Positions 1 through 15,000 of a stretch of 64,000 nucleotides of DNA are shown piece after piece. Location: contig OZ024747.1 in NCBI GenBank assembly GCA_964016885.1, forward strand, positions 77,810,001 to 77,874,000, read 5' to 3'. Position 1 is the stretch's first letter. The number at the start of each line of letters is the position of its first letter. Below the pieces are notes generated by a model. That model was not told where the DNA came from. It ran no database searches and worked only from the letters and a program-made list of their open reading frames with translations. Both the position numbers and the translations under genes were made by a program. This DNA is from Eledone cirrhosa (Eukaryota).

Positions 1-3000
1 ACTGGAATACTACCAAGGTGTGTTGGAATCTGAACTAGTGTCACTGGAATAGTACTGGGTGTGTTGGAATCTGAACTAGTGTCACTGGAATAGTAGTGGG
101 TGTGTTGGAATCTGAACTAGTGTCACTGGAATAGTAGTGGGTGTGTTGGAATCTGAACTAGTGTCACTGGAATAGTAGCGGGTGTGTTGGAATCTGAACT
201 AGAGTCACTGGAATAGTACTGGGTGTGTTGGAATCTGAACTAGTGTCACTGGAATATTACTGGGTGTGTTGGAATCTGAACTAGAGTCACTGGAATAGTA
301 CTGGGTGTGTTGGAATCTGAACTAGTGTCACTGGAATAGTACTGGGTGTGTTGAAATCTGAACTAGTGTCACTGGAATAGTACTGGGTGTGTTGGAATCT
401 GAACTAGTGTCACTGGAATAGTACTGGGTGTGTTGGAATCTGAACTAGTGTCACTGGAATAGTACTGGGTGTGTTGGAATCTGAACTAGTGTCACTGGAA
501 TAGTAGTGGGTGTGTTGGAATCTGAACTAGTGTCACTGGAATAGTACTGGTGTGTTGGAATCTGAACTAGTGTCACTGGAATACTACCAAGGTGTGTTGG
601 AATCTGAACTAGTGTCACTGGAATACTACCAAGGTGTGTTGGAATCTGAACTAGTGTCACTGGAATAGTACTGGGTGTGTTGGAATCTGAACTAGTGTCA
701 CTGGAATAGTAGCGGGTGTGTTGGAATGTGAACTAGAGTCACTGGAATAGTACTGGCTGTCTTGGAATCTGAACTAGTGTCACTGGAATAGTACTGGGTG
801 TGTTGGAATCTGAACTAGAGTCACTGGAATAGTACTGGGTGAGTTGGAATCTGAACTAGTGTCACTGGAATAGTACTGGGTGTGTTGGAATCTGAACTAG
901 AGTCACTGGAATAGTACTGGGTGTGTTGGAATCTGAACTAGAGTCACTGGAATAGTACTGGGTGTGTTGGAATCTGAACTAGAGTCACTGGAATAGTACT
1001 GGGTGTGTTGGAATCTGAACTAGTGTCACTGGAATAGTACTGGGTGTGTTGGAATCTGAACTAGAGTCACTGGAATACTACCAAGGTGTGTTGGAATCTG
1101 AACTAGTGTCACTGGAATAGTAGTGGGTGTGTTGGAATCTGAACTAGTGTCACTGGAATAGTACTGGGTGTGTTGGAATCTGAACTAGTGTCACTGGAAT
1201 AGTAGTGGGTGTGTTGGAATCTGAACTAGAGTCACTGGAATAGTACTGGGTGTGTTGGAATCTGAACTAGAGTCACTGGAATAGTACTGGGTGTGTTGGA
1301 ATCTGAACTAGAGTCACTGGAATAGTACTGGGTGTGTTGGAATCTGAACTAGTGTCACTGGAATAGTACTGGGTGTGTTGGAATCTGAACTAGTGTCACT
1401 GGAATAGTAGTGGGTGTGTTGGAATCTGAACTAGAGTCACTGGAATAGTACTGGGTGTGTTGGAATCTGAACTAGAGTCACTGGAATAGTACTGGGTGTG
1501 TTGGAATCTGAACTAGAGTCACTGGAATAGTACTGGGTGTGTTGGAATCTGAACTAGTGTCACTGGAATAGTACTGGGTGTGTTGGAATCTGAACTAGTG
1601 TCACTGGAATAGTACTGGGTGTGTTGGAATCTGAACTAGTGTCACTGGAATAGTAGTGGGTGTGTTGGAATCTGAACTAGTGTCACTGGAATAGTAGTGG
1701 GTGTGTTGGAATCTGAACTAGTGTCACTGGAATAGTACTGGGTGTGTTGGAATCTGAACTAGAGTCACTGGAATAGTACTGGGTGTGTTGGAATCTGAAC
1801 TAGAGTCACTGGAATAGTACCAAGGTGTGTTGGAATCTGAACTAGAATCACTGGAATAGTACTGGGTGTGTTGGAATCTGAACTAGAGTCACTGGAATAG
1901 TACCAAGGTGTGTTGGAATCTGAACTAGTGTCACTGGAATAGTACTGGGTGTGTTGGAATCTGAACTAGTGTCACTGGAATAGTACTGGGTGTGTTGGAA
2001 TCTGAACTAGTGTCACTGGAATAGTAGTGGGTGTGTTGGAATCTGAACTAGTGTCACTGGAATAGTACTGGGTGTGTTGGAATCTGAACTAGAGTCACTG
2101 GAATAGTACTGGGTGTGTTGGAATCTGAACTAGTGTCACTGGAATAGTACTGGGTGTGTTGGAATCTGAACTAGAGTCACTGGAATAGTACTGGGTGTGT
2201 TGGAATCTGAACTAGTGTCACTGGAATAGTACCAAGGTGTGTTGGAATCTGAACTAGTGTCACTGGAATAGTACCAAGGTGTGTTGGAATCTGAACTAGT
2301 GTCACTGGAATAGTACTGGGTGTGTTGGAATCTGAACTAGTGTCACTGGAATAGTACTGGGTGTGTTGGAATCTGAACTAGTGTCACTGGAATAGTACTG
2401 GGTGTGTTGGAATCTGAACTAGTGTCACTGGAATACTACCAAGGTGTGTTGGAATCTGAACTAGTGTCACTGGAATAGTACTGGGTGTGTTGGAATCTGA
2501 ACTAGTGTCACTGGAATAGTACTGGGTGTGTTGGAATCTGAACTAGAGTCACTGGAATAGTACTGGGTGTGTTGGAATCTGAACTAGTGTCACTGGAATA
2601 GTACTGGGTGTGTTGGATTCTGAACTAGTGTCACTGGAATACTACCAAGGTGTGTTGGAATCTGAACTAGTGTCACTGGAATAGTACTGGGTGTGTTGGA
2701 ATCTGAACTAGTGTCACTGGAATAGTACTGGGTGTGTTGGAATCTGAACTAGAGTCACTGGAATAGTACTGGGTGTGTTGGAATCTGAACTAGTGTCACT
2801 GGAATAGTACTGGGTGTGTTGGATTCTGAACTAGTGTCACTGGAATACTACCAAGGTGTGTTGGAATCTGAACTAGTGTCACTGGAATACTACCAAGGTG
2901 TGTTGGAATCTGAACTAGTGTCACTGGAATAGTACCAAGGTGTGTTGGAATCTGAACTAGTGTCACTGGAATAGTACTGGGTGTGTTGGAATCTGAACTA

Positions 3001-6000
3001 GTATCACTGGAATAGTACTGGGTGTGTTGGAATCTGAACTAGTGTCACTGGAATAGTACTGGGTGTGTTGGAATCTGAACTAGTGTCACTGGAATAGTAC
3101 TGGGTGTGTTGGAATCTGAACTAGTGTCACTGGAATAGTAGTAGGTGTGTTGGAATCTGAACTAGAGTCACTGGAATAGTACTGGGTGTGTTGGAATCTG
3201 AACTAGTGTCACTGGAATAGTACTGGGTGTGTTGGAATCTGAACTAGAGTCACTGGAATAGTACTGGGTGTGTTGGAATCTGAACTAGAGTCACTGGAAT
3301 AGTACTGGCTGTCTTGGAATCTGAACTAGTGTCACTGGAATATTAGCGGGTGTGTTAGAATGTGAACTAGAGTCACTGGAATAGTACTGGGTGTGTTGGA
3401 ATCTGAACTAGTGTCACTGGAATACAACCAAGGTGTGTTGGAATCTGAACTAGTGTCACTGGAATAGTACTGGGTGTGTTGGAATCTGAACTAGTGTCAC
3501 TGGAATAGTACTGGGTGTGTTGGAATCTGAACTAGTGTCACTGGAATAGTACTGGGTGTGTTGGAATCTGAACTAGAGTCACTGGAATACAACCAAGGTG
3601 TGTTGGAATCTGAACTAGTGTCACTGGAATAGTACTGGGTGTGTTGGAATCTGAACTAGTGTCACTGGAATAGTACTGGGTGTGTTGGAATCTGAACTAG
3701 AGTCACTGGAATACTACCAAGGTGTGTTGGAATCTGAACTAGTGTCACTGGAATACAACCAAGGTGTGTTGGAATCTGAACTAGTGTCACTGGAATAGTA
3801 CTGGGTGTGTTGGAATCTGAACTCGAGTCACTGGAATACTACCAAGGTGTGTTGGAATCTGAACTAGTGTCACTGGAATAGTACTGGGTGTGTTGGAATC
3901 TGAACTCGAGTCACTGGAATACTACCAAGGTGTGTTGGAATCTGAACTAGTGTCACTGGAATAGTACCAAGGTGTGTTGGAATCTGAACTAGTGTCACTG
4001 GAATAGTACTGGGTGTGTTGGAATCTGAACTAGTGTCACTGGAATAGTAGTGGGTGTGTTGGAATCTGAACTAGAGTCACTGGAATAGTACTGGGTGTGT
4101 TGGAATCTGAACTAGTGTCACTGGAATAGTACTGGGTGTGTTGGAATCTGAACTAGTGTCACTGGAATATTACTGGTTGTGTTGGAATCTGAACTAGTGT
4201 CACTGGAATAGTACTGGGTGTGTTGGAATCTGAACTAGAGTCACTGGAATAGTACTGGGTGTGTTGGAATCTGAACTAGAGTCACTGGAATAGTACTGGG
4301 TGTATTGGAATCTGAACTAGTGTCACTGGAATAGTACTGGGTGTGTTGGAATCTGAACTAGTGTCACTGGAATAGTACTGGGTGTATTGGAATCTGAACT
4401 AGTGTCACTGGAATAGTACTGGGTGTGTTGGAATCTGAACTAGTGTCACTGGAATAGTACCAAGGTGTGTTGGAATCTGAACTAGTGTCACTGGAATATT
4501 ACTGGTTGTGTTGGAATCTGAACTAGTGTCACTGGAATAGTACTGGGTGTGTTGGAATCTGAACTAGAGTCACTGGAATAGTACTGGGTGTGTTGGAATC
4601 TGAACTAGTGTCACTGGAATAGTACTGGGTGTGTTGGAATCTGAACTAGAGTCACTGGAATAGTACTGGGTGTATTGGAATCTGAACTAGTGTCACTGGA
4701 ATAGTACTGGGTGTGTTGGAATCTGAACTAGTGTCACTGGAATAGTACTGGGTGTGTTGGAATCTGAACTAGTGTCACTGGAATAGTAGTGGGTGTGTTG
4801 GAATCTGAACTAGTGTCACTGGAATAGTACTGGGTGTGTTGGAATCTGAACTAGTGTCACTGGAATACTACCAAGGTGTGTTGGAATCTGAACTAGTGTC
4901 ACTGGAATAGTACTGGGTGTGTTGGAATCTGAACTAGTGTCACTGGAATAGTAGCGGGTGTGTTGGAATGTGAACTAGAGTCACTGGAATAGTACTGGCT
5001 GTCTTGTAATCTGAACTAGTGTCACTGGAATAGTAGCGGGTGTGTTAGAATGTGAACTAGAGTCACTGGAATAGTACTGGGTGTGTTGGAATCTGAACTA
5101 GAGTCACTGGAATAGTACTGGGTGTGTTGGAATCTGAACTAGAGTCACTGGAATAGTACTGGGTGTGTTGGAATCTGAACTAGTGTCACTGGAATAGTAC
5201 CAAGGTGTGTTTGAATCTGAACTAGTGTCACTGGAATAGTACCAAGGTGTGTTGGAATCTGAACTAGAGTCACTGGAATAGTAGTGGGTGTGTTGGAATC
5301 TGAACTAGAGTCACTGGAATAGTACTGGGTGTGTTGGAATCTGAACTAGAGTCACTGGAATAGTACTGGGTGTGTTGGAATCTGAACTAGTGTCACTGGA
5401 ATAGTACTGGGTGTGTTGGAATCTGAACTAGTGTCACTGGAATAGTACTGGGTGTGTTGGAATCTGAACTAGTGTCACTGGAATAGTACCAAGGTGTGTT
5501 TGAATCTGAACTAGTGTCACTGGAATAGTACTGGGTGTGTTGGAATCTGAACTAGAGTCACTGGAATAGTACTGGGTGTGTTGGAATCTGAACTAGAGTC
5601 ACTGGAATAGTACTGGGTGTGTTGGAATCTGAACTAGAGTCACTGGAATAGTACTGGGTGTGTTGGAATCTGAACTAGAGTCACTGGAATAGTACTGGGT
5701 GTGTTTGAATCTGAACTAGTGTCACTGGAATAGTACTGGGTGTGTTGGAATCTGAACTAGAGTCACTGGAATAGTACTGGGTGTGTTGGAATCTGAACTA
5801 GAGTCACTGGAATAGTACTGGGTGTGTTGGAATCTGAACTAGTGTCACTGGAATAGTACTGGGTGTGTTGGAATCTGAACTAGTGTCACTGGAATACTAC
5901 CAAGGTGTGTTGGAATCTGAACTAGTGTCACTGGAATAGTACTGGGTGTGTTGGAATCTGAACTAGTGTCACTGGAATAGTACTGGGTGTGTTGGAATCT

Positions 6001-9000
6001 GAACTAGAGTCACTGGAATACTACCAAGGTGTGTTGGAATCTGAACTAGTGTCACTGGAATAGTAGTGGGTGTGTTGGAATCTGAACTAGTGTCACTGGA
6101 ATAGTACTGGGTGTGTTGGAATCTGAACTCGAGTCACTGGAATACTACCAAGGTGTGTTGGAATCTGAACTAGTGTCACTGGAATAGTACTGGGTGTGTT
6201 GGAATCTGAACTAGTGTCACTGGAATAGTAGTGGGTGTGTTGGAATCTGAACTAGTGTCACTGGAATAGTAGTGGGTGTGTTGGAATCTGAACTAGTGTC
6301 ACTGGAATAGTACTGGGTGTGTTGGAATCTGAACTAGTGTCACTGGAATAGTACTGGGTGTGTTGGAATCTGAACTAGTGTCACTGGAATAGTAGTGGGT
6401 GTGTTGGAATCTGAACTAGTGTCACTGGAATAGTAGTGGGTGTGTTGGAATCTGAACTAGTGTCACTGGAATAGTACTGGGTGTGTTGGAATCTGAACTA
6501 GAGTCACTGGAATAGTACTGGGTGTGTTGGAATCTGAACTAGTGTCACTGGAATAGTACTGGGTGTGTTGGAATCTGAACTAGAGTCACTGGAATAGTAC
6601 TGGGTGTGTTGGAATCTGAACTAGTGTCACTGGAATAGTACCAAGGTGTGTTGGAATCTGAACTAGTGTCACTGGAATAGTACCAAGGTGTGTTGGAATC
6701 TGAACTAGTGTCACTGGAATAGTACTGGGTGTGTTGGAATCTGAACTAGTATCACTGGAATAGTACTGGGTGTGTTGGAATCTGAACTAGTGTCACTGGA
6801 ATAGTACTGGGTGTGTTGGAATCTGAACTAGTGTCACTGTAATAGTACTGGGTGTGTTGGAATCTGAACTAGTGTCACTGGAATACTACCAAGGTGTGTT
6901 GGAATCTGAACTAGTGTCACTGGAATAGTACTGGGTGTGTTGGAATCTGAACTAGTGTCACTGGAATAGTAGCGGGTGTGTTGGAATGTGAACTAGTGTC
7001 ACTGGAATAGTAGTGGGTGTGTTGGAATCTGAACTAGTGTCACTGTAATAGTACTGGGTGTGTTGGAATCTGAACTAGAGTCACTGGAATACTACCAAGG
7101 TGTGTTGGAATCTGAACTAGTGTCACTGGAATAGTACTGGGTGTGTTGGAATCTGAACTAGTGTCACTGGAATAGTAGTGGGTGTGTTGGAATCTGAACT
7201 AGTGTCACTGTAATAGTACTGGGTGTGTTGGAATCTGAACTCGAGTCACTGGAATACTACCAAGGTGTGTTGGAATCTGAACTAGTGTCACTGGAATAGT
7301 ACTGGGTGTGTTGGAATCTGAACTAGTGTCACTGGAATAGTAGTGGGTGTGTTGTAATCTGAACTAGTGTCACTGGAATAGTAGTGGGTGTGTTGGAATC
7401 TGAACTAGTGTCACTGGAATAGTAGCGGGTGTGTTGGAATCTGAACAAGAGTCACTGGAATAGTACTGGGTGTGTTGGAATCTGAACTAGTGTCACTGGA
7501 ATATTACTGGGTGTGTTGGAATCTGAACTAGAGTCACTGGAATAGTACTGGGTGTGTTGGAATCTGAACTAGTGTCACTGGAATAGTACTGGGTGTGTTG
7601 GAATCTGAACTAGAGTCACTGGAATAGTACTGGGTGTGTTGGAATCTGAACTAGTGTCACTGGAATAGTACTGGGTGTGTTGGAATCTGAACTAGTGTCA
7701 CTGGAATAGTACTGGGTGTGTTGGAATCTGAACTAGTGTCACTGGAATAGTAGTGGGTGTGTTGGAATCTGAACTAGTGTCACTGGAATAGTACTGGGTG
7801 TGTTGGAATCTGAACTAGTGTCACTGGAATACTACCAAGGTGTGTTGGAATCTGAACTAGTGTCACTGGAATACTACCAAGGTGTGTTGGAATCTGAACT
7901 AGTGTCGCTGGAATAGTACTGGGTGTGTTGGAATCTGAACTAGTGTCACTGGAATAGTAGCGGGTGTGTTGGAATGTGAACTAGAGTCACTGGAATAGTA
8001 CTGGCTGTCTTGGAATCTGAACTAGTGTCACTGGAATAGTACTGGGTGTGTTGGAATCTGAACTAGAGTCACTGGAATAGTACTGGGTGTGTTGGAATCT
8101 GAACTAGTGTCACTGGAATAGTACTGGGTGTGTTGGAATCTGAACTAGAGTCACTGGAATAGTACTGGGTGTGTTGGAATCTGAACTAGAGTCACTGGAA
8201 TAGTACTGGGTGTGTTGGAATCTGAACTAGAGTCACTGGAATAGTACTGGGTGTGTTGGAATCTGAACTAGAGTCACTGGAATACTACCAAGGTGTGTTG
8301 GAATCTGAACTAGTGTCACTGGAATAGTAGTGGGTGTGTTGGAATCTGAACTAGTGTCACTGGAATAGTACTGGGTGTGTTGGAATCTGAACTAGTGTCA
8401 CTGGAATAGTAGTGGGTGTGTTGGAATCTGAACTAGAGTCACTGGAATAGTACTGGGTGTGTTGGAATCTGAACTAGAGTCACTGGAATAGTACTGGGTG
8501 TGTTGGAATCTGAACTAGAGTCACTGGAATAGTACTGGGTGTGTTGGAATCTGAACTAGTGTCACTGGAATAGTACTGGGTGTGTTGGAATCTGAACTAG
8601 TGTCACTGGAATAGTAGTGGGTGTGTTGGAATCTGAACTAGAGTCACTGGAATAGTACTGGGTGTGTTGGAATCTGAACTAGAGTCACTGGAATAGTACT
8701 GGGTGTGTTGGAATCTGAACTAGAGTCACTGGAATAGTACTGGGTGTGTTGGAATCTGAACTAGTGTCACTGGAATAGTACTGGGTGTGTTGGAATCTGA
8801 ACTAGTGTCACTGGAATAGTACTGGGTGTGTTGGAATCTGAACTAGTGTCACTGGAATAGTAGTGGGTGTGTTGGAATCTGAACTAGTGTCACTGGAATA
8901 GTACTGGGTGTGTTGGAATCTGAACTAGAGTCACTGGAATAGTACTGGGTGTGTTGGAATCTGAACTAGAGTCACTGGAATAGTACCAAGGTGTGTTGGA

Positions 9001-12000
9001 ATCTGAACTAGAGTCACTGGAATAGTACCAAGGTGTGTTGGAATCTGAACTAGTGTCACTGGAATAGTACTGGGTGTGTTGGAATCTGAACTAGTGTCAC
9101 TGGAATAGTACTGGGTGTGTTGGAATCTGAACTAGTGTCACTGGAATAGTAGTGGGTGTGTTGGAATCTGAACTAGTGTCACTGGAATAGTAGTGGGTGT
9201 GTTGGAATCTGAACTAGTGTCACTGGAATAGTACTGGGTGTGTTGGAATCTGAACTAGAGTCACTGGAATAGTACTGGGTGTGTTGGAATCTGAACTAGT
9301 GTCACTGGAATAGTACTGGGTGTGTTGGAATCTGAACTAGAGTCACTGGAATAGTACTGGGTGTGTTGGAATCTGAACTAGTGTCACTGGAATAGTACCA
9401 AGGTGTGTTGGAATCTGAACTAGTGTCACTGGAATAGTACCAAGGTGTGTTGGAATCTGAACTAGTGTCACTGGAATAGTACTGGGTGTGTTGGAATCTG
9501 AACTATTATCACTGGAATAGTACTGGGTGTGTTGGAATCTGAACTAGTGTCACTGGAATAGTACTGGGTGTGTTGGAATCTGAACTAGTGTCACTGTAAT
9601 AGTACTGGGTGTGTTGGAATCTGAACTAGTGTCACTGGAATACTACCAAGGTGTGTTGGAATCTGAACTAGTGTCACTGGAATAGTACTGGGTGTGTTGG
9701 AATCTGAACTAGTGTCACTGGAATAGTAGCGGGTGTGTTGGAATGTGAACTAGAGTCACTGGAATAGTACTGGGTGTGTTGGAATCTGAACTAGTGTCAC
9801 TGGAATAGTAGTGGGTGTGTTGGAATCTGAACTAGTGTCACTGGAATAGTAGCGGGTGTGTTGGAATCTGAACTAGTGTCACTGGAATAGTACTGGGTGT
9901 GTTGGAATCTGAACTAGAGTCACTGGAATAGTACTGGGTGTGTTGGAATCTGAACTAGTGTCACTGGAATAGTACTGGGTGTGTTGGAATCTGAACTAGT
10001 GTCACTGGAATAGTACTGGGTGTGTTGGATTCTGAACTAGAGTCACTGGAATAGTACTGGGTGTGTTGGAATCTGAACTAGTGTCACTGGAATAGTACTG
10101 GGTGTGTTGGAATCTGAACTAGTGTCACTGGAATACTACCAAGGTGTGTTGGAATCTGAACTAGTGTCACTGGAATAGTACCAAGGTGTGTTGGAATCTG
10201 AACTAGTGTCACTGGAATAGTACTGGGTGTGTTGGAATCTGAACTAGTATCACTGGAATTGTACTGGGTGTGTTGGAATCTGAACTAGTGTCACTGGAAT
10301 AGTACTGGGTGTGTTGGAATCTGAACTAGTGTCACTGGAATAGTACTGGGTGTGTTGGAATCTGAACTAGTGTCACTGGAATACTACCAAGGTGTGTTGG
10401 AATCAGAACTAGTGTCACTGGAATAGTACTGGGTGTGTTGGAATCTGAACTAGTGTCACTGGAATAGTACTGGCTGTCTTGGAATCTGAACTAGTGTCAC
10501 TGGAATAGTAGCGGGTGTGTTAGAACGTGAACTAGAGTCACTGGAATAGTACTGGGTGTGTTGGAATCTGAACTAGTGTCACTGGAATAGTACTGGGTGT
10601 GTTGGAATCTGAACTAGTGTCACTGGAATAGTACTGGGTGTGTTGGAATCTGAACTAGTGTCACTGGAATAGTAGTGGGTGTGTTGGAATCTGAACTAGT
10701 GTCACTGGAATAGTACTGGGTGTGTTGGAATCTGAACTAGTGTCACTGGAATACTACCAAGGTGTGTTGGAATCTGAACTAGTGTCACTGGAATAGTACT
10801 GGGTGTGTTGGAATCTGAACTAGTGTCACTGGAATAGTAGCGGGTGTGTTGGAATGTGAACTAGAGTCACTGGAATAGTACTGGCTGTCTTGGAATCTGA
10901 ACTAGTGTCACTGGAATAGTAGCGGGTGTGTTGGAATCTGAACTAGAGTCACTGGAATAGTACTGGGTGTGTTGGAATCTGAACTAGTGTCACTGGAATA
11001 GTACTGGGTGTGTTGGAATCTGAACTAGTGTCACTGGAATAGTACTGGGTGTGTTGGAATCTGAACTAGAGTCACTGGAATAGTACTGGGTGTGTTGGAA
11101 TCTGAACTAGTGTCACTGGAATAGTACTGGGTGTGTTGGAATCTGAACTAGTGTCACTGGAATAGTACTGGGTGTGTTGGAATCTGAACTAGAGTCACTG
11201 GAATACTACCAAGGTGTGTTGGAATCTGAACTAGTGTCACTGGAATAGTACTGGGTGTGTTGGAATCTGAACTCGAGTCACTGGAATACTACCAAGGTGT
11301 GTTGGAATCTGAACTAGTGTCACTGGAATAGTACTGGGTGTGTTGGAATCTGAACTAGTGTCACTGGAATAGTAGTGGGTGTGTTGGAATCTGAACTAGA
11401 GTCACTGGAATAGTACTGGGTGTGTTGGAATCTGAACTAGTGTCACTGGAATATTACTGGGTGTGTTGGAATCTGAACTAGTGTCACTGGAATAGTACTG
11501 GGTGTGTTGGAATCTGAACTAGTGTCACTGGAATAGTACTGGGTGTGTTGGAATCTGAACTAGTGTCACTGGAATAGTACTGGGTGTGTTGGAATCTGAA
11601 CTAGTGTCACTGGAATAGTAGCGGGTGTGTTGGAATGTGAACTAGAGTCACTGGAATAGTACTGGCTGTCTTGGAATCTGAACTAGTGTCACTGGAATAG
11701 TAGTGGGTGTGTTGGAATCTGAACTAGTGTCACTGGAATAGTAGTGGGTGTGTTGGAATCTGAACTAGTGTCACTGGAATAGTAGCGGGTGTGTTGGAAT
11801 CTGAACTAGTGTCACTGGAATAGTACTGGGTGTGTTGGAATCTGAACTAGAGTCACTGGAATAGTACTGGGTGTGTTGGAATCTGAACTAGTGTCACTGG
11901 AATATTACTGGGTGTGTTGGAATCTGAACTAGAGTCACTGGAATAGTACTGGGTGTGTTGGAATCTGAACTAGTGTCACTGGAATAGTACTGGGTGTGTT

Positions 12001-15000
12001 GGAATCTGAACTAGAGTCACTGGAATAGTACTGGGTGTGTTGGAATCTGAACTAGTGTCACTGGAATAGTACTGGGTGTGTTGGAATCTGAACTAGTGTC
12101 ACTGGAATAGTACTGGGTGTGTTGGAATCTGAACTAGTGTCACTGGAATAGTAGTGGGTGTGTTGGAATCTGAACTAGTGTCACTGGAATAGTACTGGGT
12201 GTGTTGGAATCTGAACTAGTGTCACTGGAATACTACCAAGGTGTGTTGGAATCTGAACTAGTGTCACTGGAATACTACCAAGGTGTGTTGGAATCTGAAC
12301 TAGTGTCACTGGAATAGTACTGGGTGTGTTGGAATCTGAACTAGTGTCACTGGAATAGTAGCGGGTGTGTTGGAATGTGAACTAGAGTCACTGGAATAGT
12401 ACTGGCTGTCTTGGAATCTGAACTAGTGTCACTGGAATAGTACTGGGTGTGTTGGAATCTGAACTAGAGTCACTGGAATAGTACTGGGTGTGTTGGAATC
12501 TGAACTAGTGTCACTGGAATAGTACTGGGTGTGTTGGAATCTGAACTAGAGTCACTGGAATAGTACTGGGTGTGTTGGAATCTGAACTAGAGTCACTGGA
12601 ATAGTACTGGGTGTGTTGGAATCTGAACTAGAGTCACTGGAATAGTACTGGGTGTGTTGGAATCTGAACTAGTGTCACTGGAATAGTACTGGGTGTGTTG
12701 GAATCTGAACTAGAGTCACTGGAATACTACCAAGGTGTGTTGGAATCTGAACTAGTGTCACTGGAATAGTAGTGGGTGTGTTGGAATCTGAACTAGTGTC
12801 ACTGGAATAGTACTGGGTGTGTTGGAATCTGAACTAGTGTCACTGGAATAGTAGTGGGTGTGTTGGAATCTGAACTAGAGTCACTGGAATAGTACTGGGT
12901 GTGTTGGAATCTGAACTAGAGTCACTGGAATAGTACTGCGTGTGTTGGAATCTGAACTAGAGTCACTGGAATAGTACTGGGTGTGTTGGAATCTGAACTA
13001 GTGTCACTGGAATAGTACTGGGTGTGTTGGAATCTGAACTAGTGTCACTGGAATAGTAGTGGGTGTGTTGGAATCTGAACTAGAGTCACTGGAATAGTAC
13101 TGGGTGTGTTGGAATCTGAACTAGAGTCACTGGAATAGTACTGGGTGTGTTGGAATCTGAACTAGAGTCACTGGAATAGTACTGGGTGTGTTGGAATCTG
13201 AACTAGTGTCACTGGAATAGTACTGGGTGTGTTGGAATCTGAACTAGTGTCACTGGAATAGTACTGGGTGTGTTGGAATCTGAACTAGTGTCACTGGAAT
13301 AGTAGTGGGTGTGTTGGAATCTGAACTAGTGTCACTGGAATAGTACTGGGTGTGTTGGAATCTGAACTAGAGTCACTGGAATAGTACTGGGTGTGTTGGA
13401 ATCTGAACTAGAGTCACTGGAATAGTACCAAGGTGTGTTGGAATCTGAACTAGAGTCACTGGAATAGTACCAAGGTGTGTTGGAATCTGAACTAGTGTCA
13501 CTGGAATAGTACTGGGTGTGTTGGAATCTGAACTAGTGTCACTGGAATAGTACTGGGTGTGTTGGAATCTGAACTAGTGTCACTGGAATAGTAGTGGGTG
13601 TGTTGGAATCTGAACTAGTGTCACTGAAATAGTAGTGGGTGTGTTGGAATCTGAACTAGTGTCACTGGAATAGTACTGGGTGTGTTGGAATCTGAACTAG
13701 AGTCACTGGAATAGTACTGGGTGTGTTGGAATCTGAACTAGTGTCACTGGAATAGTACTGGGTGTGTTGGAATCTGAACTAGAGTCACTGGAATAGTACT
13801 GGGTGTGTTGGAATCTGAACTAGTGTCACTGGAATAGTACCAAGGTGTGTTGGAATCTGAACTAGTGTCACTGGAATAGTACCAAGGTGTGTTGGAATCT
13901 GAACTAGTGTCACTGGAATAGTACTGGGTGTGTTGGAATCTGAACTATTATCACTGGAATAGTACTGGGTGTGTTGGAATCTGAACTAGTGTCACTGGAA
14001 TAGTACTGGGTGTGTTGGAATCTGAACTAGTGTCACTGTAATAGTACTGGGTGTGTTGGAATCTGAACTAGTGTCACTGGAATACTACCAAGGTGTGTTG
14101 GAATCTGAACTAGTGTCACTGGAATAGTACTGGGTGTGTTGGAATCTGAACTAGTGTCACTGGAATAGTAGCGGGTGTGTTGGAATGTGAACTAGAGTCA
14201 CTGGAATAGTACTGGGTGTGTTGGAATCTGAACTAGTGTCACTGGAATAGTAGTGGGTGTGTTGGAATCTGAACTAGTGTCACTGGAATAGTAGCGGGTG
14301 TGTTGGAATCTGAACTAGTGTCACTGGAATAGTACTGGGTGTGTTGGAATCTGAACTAGAGTCACTGGAATAGTACTGGGTGTGTTGGAATCTGAACTAG
14401 TGTCACTGGAATAGTACTGGGTGTGTTGGAATCTGAACTAGTGTCACTGGAATAGTACTGGGTGTGTTGGATTCTGAACTAGAGTCACTGGAATAGTACT
14501 GGGTTTGTTGGAATCTGAACTAGTGTCACTGGAATAGTACTGGGTGTGTTGGAATCTGAACTAGTGTCACTGGAATACTACCAAGGTGTGTTGGAATCTG
14601 AACTAGTGTCACTGGAATAGTACCAAGGTGTGTTGGAATCTGAACTAGTGTCGCTGGAATAGTACTGGGTGTGTTGGAATCTGAACTAGTATCACTGGAA
14701 TTGTACTGGGTGTGTTGGAATCTGAACTAGTGTCACTGGAATAGTACTGGGTGTGTTGGAATCTGAACTAGTGTCACTGGAATAGTACTGGGTGTGTTGG
14801 AATCTGAACTAGTGTCACTGGAATACTACCAAGGTGTGTTGGAATCAGAACTAGTGTCACTGGAATAGTACTGGGTGTGTTGGAATCTGAACTAGTGTCA
14901 CTGGAATAGTACTGGCTGTCTTGGAATCTGAACTAGTGTCACTGGAATAGTAGCGGGTGTGTTAGAATGTGAACTAGAGTCACTGGAATAGTACTGGGTG

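Noticed and set aside
451-660. 69-aa minus-strand ORF
   Set aside because: Chance open frame through adjacent 42-bp variants of the satellite.
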